64,000 bases of DNA from Candidatus Woesearchaeota archaeon (GCA_964385425.1 CAYLOQ010000001.1:1411-65410), one strand, 5' to 3'. Positions 48,601 to 57,971 are shown, numbered from the stretch's first letter. The notes: generated by a model from the sequence alone, not told the origin. Made by a program: numbers and translations.

Positions 48601-51600
48601 GTATCATTGACAGTAGAATTAAAGAAATATACTTCATCTGGAAGTTCTGTGAAATTAGAAAAGAAGGGTGAAGTTGATGATGTATTTTGTGTAACTAAAC
48701 CTGTAGAATTATACAAGAAGATTGTAATTATATCTACACTATCTGTTGCAGTTACATTAACTTGTATATAATCTCTGGTTAATGAAGAATCGTTTGCTTC
48801 TGTAGGAGCTACAAAGTCTATGTTTGGGGGTATTGTATCAATATTTATTTCCCTAGTTTCAGTCTGATTTGTGTTTCCTGCTATATCATTGGCTGTTGAA
48901 AAATAAGTATAAGTTCCAGCATCTAAACCATCTGTTGAATTCTTTGATTGATTCGTGTATAAAATCCATTTATCTGTGTCATATTTTCTTAAATTTGAGA
49001 AGTATTGTTGTTGGATTTCTGTTGCAGAAAGTGAACGATTCCAGATACGGACTTCATCTATTGAACCATTGAGTTTCTGTGAGCCATCCCCAATATCTCC
49101 AATAAAAACATTATTATCACTTTGTACAATAGCTGCAGCAGACCCACTGTTTTCCTCAATCCCATCAATATAAATTCTCAATGTTGAACCATTGTGTGTC
49201 CCAACAACATGATACCATCTCACTGTTGTTGCTAAGGTAGAAGATAATAAGACATTAGTCCCCTCCCATACTGCAAAGGCATTGTTTGCACCGCTTCTTT
49301 TTAATAATGCAAAACCACCACCCCCACCACTTTTTCCAACTATTGTATCTTGTGCTAATTCTTCCAGAGAATCAAAGTTTACCCAAGCTTCCAGGGTAAA
49401 TTCAGTAAGGTCTATATCACTAACATTTATAAAATCATTAACACCATCAAAATCAAAAGCCCCGTTGTATCTTCCACTTGAATTAAAAGTTGCACCGCTT
49501 ACAGTTCCGTCATTTCCATATTTACTTAAATCAACAACAAAAGTATCATTTTCACCCAAGGCACTAATATTATCAAAATTCATCATTAAAACCAGAGAAT
49601 CGTTATAAATTGTATAATTGGTTGAATTCCAGTTGAATTTGACTTCGTTTAAGTTCAATTCAGTAATTGTTACATTAATTTCTACACTTGTATTGGCAGT
49701 TGTTGTGGCATTTGGCGGTGTTGGAGATACGAATTGTATTTGAGGGTTGATCGTATCTATCGTGATGGTCCTCGTTTCTGTCTGATTTTCATTTCCAACT
49801 GTGTCATTTGCTGTTGAATTCAAATAATAATTTTCATCTGGCAAACTTGTGAAATTAACAAAAAACGGTGTGGTCGAAGATATGTTTTGTTGTACCAAGC
49901 CTGTTGAGTTATACAAAAAAATAGTTATTATGTCTAGGTTCGTGTCTGAAGCAGTTACATTGGCCTGAATATAATCTCTGGTAAGTTGGGAGTTGTTAGA
50001 TTCTGTTGGGGATACAAAATCTATATTTGGATTCGTTGTATCTACTGTAAAAAATATGGTGCTAAAGTTATCATTTCCAACAGTGTCATTCGCATAAAAA
50101 GTAATATTATGTAAACCATCTGTAAGTATTGGATGGTCACCACTTAAATTAAAGAAATTAGTAGTTGAATCGTTAGTCAGGGTCATGTTTGCTAAACCAT
50201 CAACAGATGCCAGTGCGTTGGTTAAACTTTCATCTACAGTTATGTTATAATCAATACTACCAGTTGCAAAAGTCGAATTTGTTGGAGAAATTATTGTTAT
50301 TACTGGGGGAGTTGTGTCTGCTGTTATAAGAGTAATTTTTCTCGTCTCTGTTTTATTTGTATTATTTACAGTGTCATAAATAGTTACGTTATAGAAATAA
50401 TCAACACCACTATTATTCAAACTTGTCCAGTTTATTGTTGTAATTAATGTCGTATAGGTCGTTTCATTTACTACTCCTGATCCATTGTGTAAAGCATAAG
50501 TAATATTTTTGAAATTAACTTCTGTTACAGATACATTCACAAAAACATAATCTTGATTGACAGAGGTTCCATTAGCTTCTGTTGGAGCCACAAATTCTAT
50601 CTGAGGGGGGGTTGCGTCAACACCAATTGTTCTTTCTTCAGTTTCATTTATATTTCCTACAGCATCGATAACATGGGCTTTAAAAGTATAGTCTCCATCA
50701 GCCAGGTTTGTGAAGTTGTTGGAGAGCCCGTAAGTTCCTGCCTGGTATGAGGCGTTAACCTCTTCTGGTGATAAAGTACGATTAAAAATCATGACTTCAT
50801 CTATAAAACCGCCCGCCCAATCTAAAACCTCTGGAGAACCCCCCACAGTTATATTTATTTCGGGAGCATAAAGGGTTCCAAACCCATAAGATGAATTACT
50901 ACTTTCCAAAACACCGTTTACATAAAGGCGTGTCTCTGTTGTGTTATAGGTTCCAACCAAATGATACCAGTTGTTGTTACTAAGTCCACTACTAAAAAGA
51001 CAACTTCCAATAGCAGGATTACCGGAGTATAAGCACCACCAGACAGGCCAAGGATTTTCTCCATCAACAAATAAGCTATATGACCTGTACCCAGTAGTGT
51101 GATTCTGATACCTATTTACTAAATCATGATTAGATCCCCCAACAAGACCTGTTGGCTTGAACCATATAGAAACAGTAAAAGATACATTTCCCATCCCAAC
51201 TGTTGAATCGTTCCCGAAATTAACATAATTATCTAAATCTGCCCTATTAAACTCTAATGCCTTACCTCTTTTACCCTCTGTTATATTATTAGTCCCGAGA
51301 TTTCCATTAAACGTTCCAAATTTATCATAAGTAGAATTATCAAATACTCCTGTCGTATTAAAGAAATCAAAACTCGCCCATAATTCTAAACTCTTGTTCC
51401 AATCTATAAATGCTGAATGTTCTGAAGCGTCGCTTGTTGAAACATTCACATAAACATAATCTTCGGTTTGGTTTGTGTTGTTGTCTGGGGTTGGAGCCAC
51501 AAAATTTATGTTTGGGTTTGTAGTATCAATTGTAAATGTTCTGTTTGTGTCTGTGAAATCCTCATTTCCTAAGGTATCATTACCCCATGCTGCCCAGACA

Positions 51601-53513
51601 TAGTATCCATCAGGAATTCCTGTAACAGTTATATTCCAATAGCTGTCATTTATAGCAGTCATGTTTGTTTGGTTTGCAACCCAACTTCCGCTCCAGTTCC
51701 CATACAACCTCAAGGCATCAACATTAAGATTATCTGAAACCTTTAAATCAAAAGTAATAATGCCAGAGCTTGAATTAAAATTATCAACAGGATTTGTTCC
51801 AAATGAGGCATTAGGAGCTATATTATTAACAGTATATGTCTGCAAGTCTGTAACATTCCATTGCCCTGCAGAATCATTTGCCCATTGTTTCCAGCCAATT
51901 GCTTTGCCTTCACACGCATTAGGAACCAACCATGTTAAATTTGCCCATGAAGAACCTCCTGAAATAGTTGTTTCAGAAACATTTGCTGCAGTGTTACAGC
52001 TTGCCTCTGTTCCATTAACCTCAAGTGTGGCATAGCTTAGTGCTGTGTCATCTGTCCAGTTTATGTTGTGTCTAACAGCCCTGTTTGGAAGTGGTGTCGA
52101 GTCATTTACAGAGGGGAATTGCCATGCTGGAGGATTGTCTGAGGTTGTAGTGTAAGCAAAAATATCAGTAACATTAAACTGATTTGTAGAATCATTAGCA
52201 TAAACTCTCCATCTTATTGTTGAGCCTTCTGTAGAATTAACTACCTTAGTTACATTGCTCCAGTTGTTTGTTCCAGTCATTGAAACAAAGCTATCATTAA
52301 CAAAAGTCCCTGCACCGTTATCAAAACTAAAAATATATCCTGCAAGATTGGTTTCATCTGTCCATCTTACTCTATGCTCTACAGCTTCTCCTGCTGCAGT
52401 GGAATTTGTTGAATTATCAAACCATTTTGGGGGATTGTCTACCCCACTATAATTCACATCTAGATACACATAATCAATAGTTATGTCTTGAGGACCGCCT
52501 GCATCATTATTATTCATTCTTAACCACACACCGTTAGCCAATTGTGTTGGTGTAATTGAATTACAAACAAGAGAATTTCTTGTTTCAGAAGCATCCTCTG
52601 GTGCAGGATCAACACTACAAATTGTTGTTCCATCTCTTGTATCTGTAACAAAAACAGCCCAATCACCAGACAAAATTCCAGAAGAATCATAAAATAACGT
52701 GGCTGAATTTACTGTACTTACATCTCCTTGTGTTTGGAAAGGAGCATCAATATGTTTTCCTTTTGCTATAACAAAACTTGTTCCTCCATCAGCAGATATA
52801 GCATCAAAACAAGGCGTACTTGCAACATCATCAGCATCACATGATGTAACAGTTAAATTTACAAATGGATCAAAAATATAATCAAACTCCAAGCTTCCAT
52901 CCAGAACTTTTAAATCAAAAGTGTCTTGGATTCCTTGTAGGCTTGTAAGAAAAACTTTGTTATATTCGTTACTATTAATATTAGAAAACTCTGCAATTAA
53001 GTTATTCTCATTTTCTTCATAAACTTCAATTCTTGGATTCCCATCAACAACACGAGGATAAATTGTTATATCGTTTTTGGAAGTTAATTGTTGCTCAAAT
53101 ATAACTCTTGCATATTCTTCATCTGAAACAGGTTCAGACCAGATATCATCAAGTTTTTTTGTTTCTTCATAAATATCACTTATGAATTCTTTGTTTGAAT
53201 CCAAGTGCTCTGCCCCAGATAATTCAATTACAAATCTTATAGATACAGTATTTTCACTCTCAACCGTTTCAATATCTTTTATATCTTCAGAAACTATTAA
53301 ACCAAACGGATTTATTATTTTAGTAGGACCAAAAGTTGATATAAAAATCAAAAGGAAAAGAAGAGATAATCCGATAATTAAGGAAGCTATTGCCCAATCT
53401 TTATGATGTTTTCCCCTATATTCAGAAATTACACTACCATCTTGTTTTCTGCTATGATAGACATAAGGACCGTAAAGTTTCCCACCCCTTTTAATATACC
53501 TTTTATAAGCCAT
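42624..53513 (-). CDS. Giant (3629 aa) surface protein with LamG/ConA-like and Ig-like repeat modules, C-terminal TM anchors and a long basic cytoplasmic tail
   Basis: N-terminal signal-anchor (WAIASLIIGLSLLFLLIFISTF). At least three LamG-like signatures (IDEVMIFNRTLSPEEV, IDEVRIWNRSLSATEI, IDEVRIHNRALSQAEI). Six or more repeats begin DTTNPNIDFV(A/S)PT. A Cys-rich stalk precedes TM helices near residues 3045-3110. The last roughly 550 aa are K/R-rich, ending in an acidic stretch. Confidence 0.8.
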   Translation of the reverse strand: MAYKRYIKRGGKLYGPYVYHSRKQDGSVISEYRGKHHKDWAIASLIIGLSLLFLLIFISTFGPTKIINPFGLIVSEDIKDIETVESENTVSIRFVIELSGAEHLDSNKEFISDIYEETKKLDDIWSEPVSDEEYARVIFEQQLTSKNDITIYPRVVDGNPRIEVYEENENNLIAEFSNINSNEYNKVFLTSLQGIQDTFDLKVLDGSLEFDYIFDPFVNLTVTSCDADDVASTPCFDAISADGGTSFVIAKGKHIDAPFQTQGDVSTVNSATLFYDSSGILSGDWAVFVTDTRDGTTICSVDPAPEDASETRNSLVCNSITPTQLANGVWLRMNNNDAGGPQDITIDYVYLDVNYSGVDNPPKWFDNSTNSTAAGEAVEHRVRWTDETNLAGYIFSFDNGAGTFVNDSFVSMTGTNNWSNVTKVVNSTEGSTIRWRVYANDSTNQFNVTDIFAYTTTSDNPPAWQFPSVNDSTPLPNRAVRHNINWTDDTALSYATLEVNGTEASCNTAANVSETTISGGSSWANLTWLVPNACEGKAIGWKQWANDSAGQWNVTDLQTYTVNNIAPNASFGTNPVDNFNSSSGIITFDLKVSDNLNVDALRLYGNWSGSWVANQTNMTAINDSYWNITVTGIPDGYYVWAAWGNDTLGNEDFTDTNRTFTIDTTNPNINFVAPTPDNNTNQTEDYVYVNVSTSDASEHSAFIDWNKSLELWASFDFFNTTGVFDNSTYDKFGTFNGNLGTNNITEGKRGKALEFNRADLDNYVNFGNDSTVGMGNVSFTVSIWFKPTGLVGGSNHDLVNRYQNHTTGYRSYSLFVDGENPWPVWWCLYSGNPAIGSCLFSSGLSNNNWYHLVGTYNTTETRLYVNGVLESSNSSYGFGTLYAPEINITVGGSPEVLDWAGGFIDEVMIFNRTLSPEEVNASYQAGTYGLSNNFTNLADGDYTFKAHVIDAVGNINETEERTIGVDATPPQIEFVAPTEANGTSVNQDYVFVNVSVTEVNFKNITYALHNGSGVVNETTYTTLITTINWTSLNNSGVDYFYNVTIYDTVNNTNKTETRKITLITADTTPPVITIISPTNSTFATGSIDYNITVDESLTNALASVDGLANMTLTNDSTTNFFNLSGDHPILTDGLHNITFYANDTVGNDNFSTIFFTVDTTNPNIDFVSPTESNNSQLTRDYIQANVTASDTNLDIITIFLYNSTGLVQQNISSTTPFFVNFTSLPDENYYLNSTANDTVGNENQTETRTITIDTINPQIQFVSPTPPNATTTANTSVEINVTITELNLNEVKFNWNSTNYTIYNDSLVLMMNFDNISALGENDTFVVDLSKYGNDGTVSGATFNSSGRYNGAFDFDGVNDFINVSDIDLTEFTLEAWVNFDSLEELAQDTIVGKSGGGGGFALLKRSGANNAFAVWEGTNVLLSSTLATTVRWYHVVGTHNGSTLRIYIDGIEENSGSAAAIVQSDNNVFIGDIGDGSQKLNGSIDEVRIWNRSLSATEIQQQYFSNLRKYDTDKWILYTNQSKNSTDGLDAGTYTYFSTANDIAGNTNQTETREINIDTIPPNIDFVAPTEANDSSLTRDYIQVNVTATDSVDIITIFLYNSTGLVTQNTSSTSPFFSNFTELPDEVYFFNSTVNDTLGNENSTVTRTVTTDTGPPAMNYVSPITATGNYSQNFIEINVTASDPKLDKILIRLYNSSDEQINSSLTSTSPNFINFTGLSDGLYFYNATANDTFSNEADLATVSVTLDTTNPSLDSLTESPSDPTMYVQGTTYEFNATITDDNLDVVLIEFDGTNYTPTNLFGNVYNFTISDLAAGTYNYRWYANDTVNNVNSTSIQTYTISNATGDITLLINGSAANQIAPYNTQTNASAATQFGVVTLYRNATDVTGDNNVFVTLGVEYYNYTAVSSGDQNHSSASITRFVTITKISSEVNLTLNVTDGNVTIVQDSFIYLNATTATGDSGATLKLYNAGTLINQGASPLSNFTQFSSVGIFNITGIYEESQNFTGSFETWYVNVTEAPDETNPGVSSLTENPSDPAVYSEGTIYEFNATITDNRVVDTVIIDFNGTNYTAVNLTGNIYNLTLTGLSVGTYNYRWYANDTSGNINSTENGSYTIDQGTPSISLSITPSNTVTYLTETTANGTGCPSQLTCTLYRDSISVGNSETATLGVGTYNYTFNTTGNINYTSASVSEILTVNQATGVVFTYLNNSRANITINQNEEIYLNSTLDTGTGTIELYNNGTLINQGTSPLSNLTNFTDFGLFNITTIYGGNTNYTSAIEIWWVNVLEVDLTPPNVSLVEPQNISYTSVQTQLNYTAVDNQALDVCWYSIDGGATNTTISCGVNVTGLDSGQGSQTWRIYANDTSGNENSSSVTFFVDSINPLIDFVTPTLENGLSIKENSVYVNVSTSDTNDHSAFIDWNYSLVGWWNFETVLSNGTVYDNSSYGNDGTMISFSSNTTIDGKYGKGIEFDGVDDSINITGLTLSNEDQITTEFWVKPDALIHQKDFLGWWDGSNGFFVEITGVTGKILTQIGAGSDFGTTDNNVIAVGNWYHIISVYDGTQVADADQLKIYVNGVNEPLAFTGDIPTTITSTSDLLIGNLPSFSRYFNGSIDEVRIHNRALSQAEINASYNAGLYSLYNNFTNLNAGTYDYKAYVIDIAGNTNQTETRNVSLVAPNLTIIKPENETYITNESLLLEYVASLEDFVFYNIDNIPPNTTITGNTTFNTTEGQHTLKLYANNSNGETVKNVTFTVNITKFSVIFDEFGGLLKGLSTAFNQTSHEDLQNLSGIILERINAGKINFNEAINVTDDLNLTNNKVDLDIHVNISSNRIELNSTALPNFNKSATLSLYNLTFTTPRILRDGSLCSSSICTQNSYSGGTLSFNVTGFTVYSAEETPVDDDAGDDVDDAGGGGGSSSSVECLNDSSCSADEACFNYQCIKLFDVKIIDFESPVRLGEFFEFVYFIKGVAEINADVVVNFWIEKDGEIVTSGLDTIYLGSFEEKTETTRIFLPSSIESGIYTFVVEVDHESYSARSERTIEVRVEGGIAIITSKDVEGIRVYAIITLIILAVIITFLIFYLERKKIKVGLVRETRWIKKHKISVLAFSLFVVLGVLTYFLNIFSFLSSIVKSTAFNYFLKTLFVLFVFFIIVFIINKTNFFQRFKSWMAERGAINRLRRARRRETERLKRERKRLKARRVIKVKPKIKSLVERPRQRGQFKKIFIRIISSISGFIENVVIALSRFSGKVFRAIKIFSRAIRKRTIILFRGLKHLEITPVKFDLSGLFKFKLRGERTHIEKKKKFKPVKKPKQKLRIELGRLRIGFKVKRILNAIYISINRFYKRFKRQAKELDRFLLKAIRRVSERQDILGLGADQKIKAFWEVGRKPVKEIKKPIKKIRKGVEKGFSFTSLIRKLTRPLRLFISKGEKELAKEERIISRRAGAAIERIHRNTFYLLKKIFGKKSQEFLLRDFEKAFVEPGKFTKRHLKTLRDIINAHIEFKTTKSNLYYNINEIEKEAKVLIRDLIDYLEESNTEEKKRIKEEVDQYMKAPATIKRLYRKAFRKTDSGETKEKQETYKPQLPELESDEEAMEELIGEEGEKIEKPGESEEKPDEESDKKEGYGFDIS

Positions 53514-53690
53514 TAGACGTTTTTACTTATTAAAACGGCTTTGACGAAATTTCTATTTCAATCTCAACCCTCTTTTTAATAGAGAAATGTGGTAGTGTAA
53601 CTATTTAAATCTTATCAACTATGTATAGAAATATATATAATACAATATATATTTAAAAAAATCTTACTAATTATTTTTATCAATCCTAAT

Positions 53691-53891
53691 TCAATTTTGA
53701 GACTCTTTCTTCTCTTCAGCCCCAGTTTTTATTTTCTTTTTCTTAGAAATCCACCTAACCTTCCTTCTCTTCATCTTCATATTTTTTCTACATTTGCCGG
53801 AACAGAGGTAATTGACAGTCCCATCATTCATTACAAGGGTCAAACCACGAGGAAACTCATATTCTTTCCCGCAATATACACATTTAGGCAT
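53691..53891 (-). CDS. rpl24e: Ribosomal protein L24e
   Basis: MPKCVYCGKEYEFPRGLTLVMNDGTVNYLCSGKCRKN matches the eL24 zinc ribbon. Confidence 0.85.
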   Translation of the reverse strand: MPKCVYCGKEYEFPRGLTLVMNDGTVNYLCSGKCRKNMKMKRRKVRWISKKKKIKTGAEEKKESQN

Positions 53892-54123
53892 GTTTTTTTC
53901 CCACGTATTTTAAATATAAGTTATAAGTTACCTGGTTAGGACTACTAGCATCTATAGCTACTTCCCTTTCAATCTCATAATCTCTATTCCCTGCAAAACA
54001 ACCATGAACTAAGATCATCAAATCTTCTGGTAAATCGAAAACCTTAATAATATCTCCTTTTCCAATATCTCCTTCTTCAACAAGACTTTCTATTTTACTT
54101 TTTATTTGATCAACCCTATTCAT
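53884..54123 (-). CDS. Hypothetical small protein in the ribosomal cluster
   Basis: 79-aa ORF translationally coupled between rps28e and rpl24e. I recognise no motif. Confidence 0.4.
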   Translation of the reverse strand: MNRVDQIKSKIESLVEEGDIGKGDIIKVFDLPEDLMILVHGCFAGNRDYEIEREVAIDASSPNQVTYNLYLKYVGKKHA

Positions 54124-54168
54124 CTCAAGTATACGCCCCTTCGTGTTTTTTATTTATAAAAAATGCTT

Positions 54169-54459
54169 TCATGTGTATGCTCCCTTTGTTACCTTAGATT
54201 TAATTCTTCTTGCCTCTATTTCCGTTTCCCTTAACATTAAATAATCTCCCACCCTAATAGGACCCTTAACGTTTCTTCTCATTACACGCCCTTCGTCTCT
54301 TCCTGCTGTAATCAAGCAGCGGACCTGTGTAATCTCTCCCCTAAAACCAGTTCTTCCTATTAATTCCTGAACTAATGCGGGAACAACCTTCCCTAGAATT
54401 CTATCACTTCCCTTACTCCCTGTCTGTTTCCCTTCCTTTTGTTGCTGTTGTTTTGCCAT
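54169..54459 (-). CDS. rps28e: Ribosomal protein S28e
   Basis: [16 protein letters not shown]...[15 protein letters not shown] matches eS28. Confidence 0.85.
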   Translation of the reverse strand: MAKQQQQKEGKQTGSKGSDRILGKVVPALVQELIGRTGFRGEITQVRCLITAGRDEGRVMRRNVKGPIRVGDYLMLRETEIEARRIKSKVTKGAYT

Positions 54460-54460
54460 T

Positions 54461-54760
54461 TTATTTCAACCCAGAAATATCTTTTTCAGCTTCTCCAGCC
54501 TCTATCACTGCAACAGAAGATGCCGAAACAGGAATCCCAACAGCAATTCCTAATTTTTGTTTGCTGTCAACTTCCTTACAAAGAATTCCTTTCTCCTTAC
54601 ATAGAACAGGAATATGCTGAACAATTTCTTTTGGCTCTACATCGGTGGCATAAACAACGAGTTTTGCTGTTCCCCTCTCTATAGCCTTAGTAACTTCATT
54701 TGTTCCCTTCTCTACCTTCCCCGTCTTTCTCGCTTTTTCAATTATAGTATATGCATCCAT
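54461..54760 (-). CDS. rpl7ae: Ribosomal protein L7Ae (K-turn binding)
   Basis: [26 protein letters not shown]...LCKEKGI matches the L7Ae/L30e family. Confidence 0.9.
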   Translation of the reverse strand: MDAYTIIEKARKTGKVEKGTNEVTKAIERGTAKLVVYATDVEPKEIVQHIPVLCKEKGILCKEVDSKQKLGIAVGIPVSASSVAVIEAGEAEKDISGLK

Positions 54761-54958
54761 TTTATATTCCAGAACAAAACCCTCACGAAATTCAAAGGTT
54801 CGTTCATCGGATGAATATTAAGACAAAAATCAATTTAAAAATGTTTCCCTATCGTAAATCTTATTGCTTTTAATTTAAAAAAAGGATACAAAAACATAAA
54901 CAATCTGAGAGAAGGAACAACATTTTTCTTGAATAATATATCTCGTAATCGTAGAAAC

Positions 54959-55378
54959 TCAAATCTTCAATGGCAAATAAGGTTTAATTGCTTTTCTTAG
55001 TTGAGGATGAGTCCATTTTTTATTAAATATTGACTGTTTCATTTTCTTAAACTCTGGATGAATTTCACTTATCTTTTTTCGTGAATCTGTTACTTCTAGA
55101 ATAATTAATTTTTTTCCTTTGATATTATAACATTCTTTTAGAATTGATTCATGTTTTTTTCTTACTGCTATTATGACATCTGCCCATTCAATATCTTTTG
55201 GACATACTGGATTCGCTGGCTGAGAGTCAATTTTACAAGGCCCGATTCCCCCATATTTGGTCTTATAACCTTTTCTTTTCAAATATGTGGAGAGATATTT
55301 GCTCCTGTTAAGGCCCATTGTGCAAACGCAAAGAACTTTTGGTTTTTTTATTTTAAATTTGTAATTTTTTATTTTCAT
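54959..55378 (-). CDS. Low-molecular-weight phosphotyrosine phosphatase / ArsC-like protein
   Basis: CX5R P-loop VLCVCTMGLNRSK near the N-terminus. 139 aa. Confidence 0.5.
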   Translation of the reverse strand: MKIKNYKFKIKKPKVLCVCTMGLNRSKYLSTYLKRKGYKTKYGGIGPCKIDSQPANPVCPKDIEWADVIIAVRKKHESILKECYNIKGKKLIILEVTDSRKKISEIHPEFKKMKQSIFNKKWTHPQLRKAIKPYLPLKI

Positions 55379-56390
55379 CTTTCAATCTTTTTGAATATAG
55401 TCTTTTATAAATTGGTATTGCAATTTTTTTCAAATACTCTTGAACAGCAACTGGAAATTTATCAATAGTAATTGAAGTTTCTATATGAGATTTTACAAAA
55501 CTACTATCATTAATTGATGAATACCACACTTCCCCAACATGTTTATACGCCCCTTTCTTCCAAGTTAACATATCTTTTTTATATTTTATTCCCCACAATT
55601 TGCAAATCTGTTTTGCATATTTTTTGGGATTGGTTCTAAAATCTGTACTGTCTATAATAAGCAACGTCATCTTTTTATTTTCAAGATATTTCTCAATTAT
55701 ACTTATTTCTTCCCATCCAAAACCCATCATAAATCTTTCTTTATCTGAGAATAAAAAATCTTCGAATTCCCTATAATCTCTCATCTCAATAAAATTATTA
55801 ACATAATCTTCCCAGCAGACATAATTCATAATTTTTGCATATGCATCTAATAATTTTCGATTAAATTCTGTTGAATCATTCTTAAGATATTTATTATAAA
55901 TCTCATTAAATTCATATTTTTCCATTCTTTTTTTTAATTTATTTAGAATGAATTTTTTCGTGGGATCTTTTAGGGCAATAGGCGAAGCTCTTAACATTGC
56001 TTTAATCCTTGATTCAGCACATAAAAATGGATCCCGAATATTAAGTATTATTATTTTATTAGTTAAACAAAGAAGCTTTTTGAAAACATTTTTGCGAATA
56101 ATATCTTGAGACATTTCTTTTATCAATATATTTTTTGACTTATTTGGTGATTTATTTAATAAATTGCATATTTTTTGATACGCTTCATTAATATTCCCCT
56201 CTCTACGTCCAAATTCCATGAAGGGCTCATGGATATCCTCAGATATATTTTTTGATCCAGATAATACTTTTTCAAGTAAAGTAGATCCGCTTCTTGGGGG
56301 GGCTATGATTAGATAAAGCTTATTAAGTTTATTATTAAATAAATCTTGCAATTTAGAATAATAATTTTCTTGAATAATTATTTTACCCAT
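55353..56390 (-). CDS. Sulfotransferase family protein
   Basis: 5'-PSB-like APPRSGSTLLEK and 3'-PB-like LNIRDPFLCAESR. Confidence 0.55.
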   Translation of the reverse strand: MGKIIIQENYYSKLQDLFNNKLNKLYLIIAPPRSGSTLLEKVLSGSKNISEDIHEPFMEFGRREGNINEAYQKICNLLNKSPNKSKNILIKEMSQDIIRKNVFKKLLCLTNKIIILNIRDPFLCAESRIKAMLRASPIALKDPTKKFILNKLKKRMEKYEFNEIYNKYLKNDSTEFNRKLLDAYAKIMNYVCWEDYVNNFIEMRDYREFEDFLFSDKERFMMGFGWEEISIIEKYLENKKMTLLIIDSTDFRTNPKKYAKQICKLWGIKYKKDMLTWKKGAYKHVGEVWYSSINDSSFVKSHIETSITIDKFPVAVQEYLKKIAIPIYKRLYSKRLKDENKKLQI

Positions 56391-56393
56391 TTT

Positions 56394-56840
56394 CTATTTA
56401 TTTTTTCTGAGTTTTTGATATTCATCAAGAAATTTTATCGTACTTGGCAAACAATCAAGTTTATCAATTTCATCTAATTCAAACCATTTGACTTCACTAA
56501 CTCCATGATCTTCAAGAGATATTTCTCCATCAACAGGAATACATTTGTAACAAATGATAATTTGTTGTGTTTCCCTATCTGGATATACCCAACCACCAAC
56601 ATGTATTTTTGGTAATAGATAATCAATTTTTACATCCATTCCACTTTCCTCTTTAGCTTCTCTAATGCAGGTTTCCTCTGGTGTTTCTCCAAAATCAATT
56701 TTTCCTCCAGGAAATTCCCACTTCCCATGAGATTCTTTATGCCATTTTCGGTCTCTTTTTACCAGCAATATTTGCCCTTTTTCATTGATAATTAAAGATT
56801 TAACAATAAAAAATTGTTTTTGGGTTTTTTTTGTTTCCAT
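56394..56840 (-). CDS. Nudix hydrolase
   Basis: Nudix box GKWEFPGGKIDFGETPEETCIREAKEESGMDV. Confidence 0.8.
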   Translation of the reverse strand: METKKTQKQFFIVKSLIINEKGQILLVKRDRKWHKESHGKWEFPGGKIDFGETPEETCIREAKEESGMDVKIDYLLPKIHVGGWVYPDRETQQIIICYKCIPVDGEISLEDHGVSEVKWFELDEIDKLDCLPSTIKFLDEYQKLRKNK

Positions 56841-57511
56841 TATGCAAGAACCCCTCTTATGCTTTTGAAAGATTGTTCTAAATCATCATTAATAAAAACA
56901 TTTCCTTCAATACCTAAACAACTGCAAAATTCACCAAAATATTGACGATTTCTTTCCAATTCTTGTTGAATATGTTCAGGTTCTAATTTTCTTTTTCTGC
57001 TTGAATCTCCCATTCTTCTTCTTAAGACTGTATAAGGATCTGAATCTATAAGCACAAATCTCAAATCTTTTATTTGGTTTAATCTATACAATGAATCGTA
57101 TATGCCATTTCTTTTAAACCCTTCGCCATTATACACAGCATAATGTGTATCTAAGATTACTCTTTCAGGTGTTAAGATTAATCTATCTAATTCTTGTCCA
57201 AAATCAATGTCGCGCTCTATAGAATATCTTTTAACTTTCCCAGTATTAACTACTTTAACTACTTCTTCGCTCCCTAATCTCTCTAATAATGCGGTTTTGC
57301 CTACTCCTTTCGCCCCCCCAATAAAAATTAATTTCCCCTTATCCATTTTACTTCTTGCCCCCATTCTTTCTACCAACATAAACCCAACCAGAAGCTTCAC
57401 CTCTTCCTTCTTGTTTATCTTTACTAATTGAATAATGTTCAAGATCTCCCTTATGCCTATAATAATGTGGACTTCGTATTGGATAAAAATCAATTGTTTT
57501 GAATCCGCCAC
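56840..57511 (-). CDS. P-loop kinase/NTPase, unknown specificity
   Basis: Walker A GGAKGVGKTAL. The start is probably the internal Met (MDKGKLIFIGG) near 57346. It shares a stop/start overlap with the Nudix gene. Confidence 0.5.
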   Translation of the reverse strand: MADSKQLIFIQYEVHIIIGIREILNIIQLVKINKKEEVKLLVGFMLVERMGARSKMDKGKLIFIGGAKGVGKTALLERLGSEEVVKVVNTGKVKRYSIERDIDFGQELDRLILTPERVILDTHYAVYNGEGFKRNGIYDSLYRLNQIKDLRFVLIDSDPYTVLRRRMGDSSRKRKLEPEHIQQELERNRQYFGEFCSCLGIEGNVFINDDLEQSFKSIRGVLA

Positions 57512-57971
57512 CCTCCAATAAAGTTTTTAATTCATTTCCATATCTCCTGATGTGTCCATATCTTCTATCTTGTTCAGATTTGTCTACTCTAATATTATTA
57601 TTTATTGTAGTTAAAAATAATAATCCCCCCTTTCTCAATTGATTATTCATAACTTCAATTGCACACAGATCATCTTCAATATGTTCAATAACTTCACTAC
57701 AAACTACTAAATCCGCATTTCCTTGTTCCTTTCCCAACCATAAAATGTCCCCTTCAATATAATAAATATCTTCGAATACTTTTTTTGGAGTTAAATCATA
57801 CCCTATCTTTTCTCTTGCATCTACATTATGAATTAACCAACCTTCTCTACATCCTAACTCAACAGCTTTTTGAAAAGGTGCGTGTCTTCTCATAGTTTCT
57901 TGTAGATGTTTTAGTCTAACATTTTTTCCATAACTTCTTTCGCATTGTCTTATTAGATTCTCTCCTGTCAT
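57348..57971 (-). CDS. Class I SAM-dependent methyltransferase
   Basis: Motif I-like VELGCREGWL, motif II-like DLVVCSEVIEHI. Confidence 0.65.
   Translation of the reverse strand: MTGENLIRQCERSYGKNVRLKHLQETMRRHAPFQKAVELGCREGWLIHNVDAREKIGYDLTPKKVFEDIYYIEGDILWLGKEQGNADLVVCSEVIEHIEDDLCAIEVMNNQLRKGGLLFLTTINNNIRVDKSEQDRRYGHIRRYGNELKTLLEGGGFKTIDFYPIRSPHYYRHKGDLEHYSISKDKQEGRGEASGWVYVGRKNGGKK

Noticed and set aside
53884-54123. Calling the 79-aa ORF in the L7Ae-S28e-L24e cluster nucleoside diphosphate kinase (the usual fourth gene of this archaeal cluster)
   Set aside because: It is far too short for NDK (about 150 aa) and has no NDK active-site His context. It is left as hypothetical.
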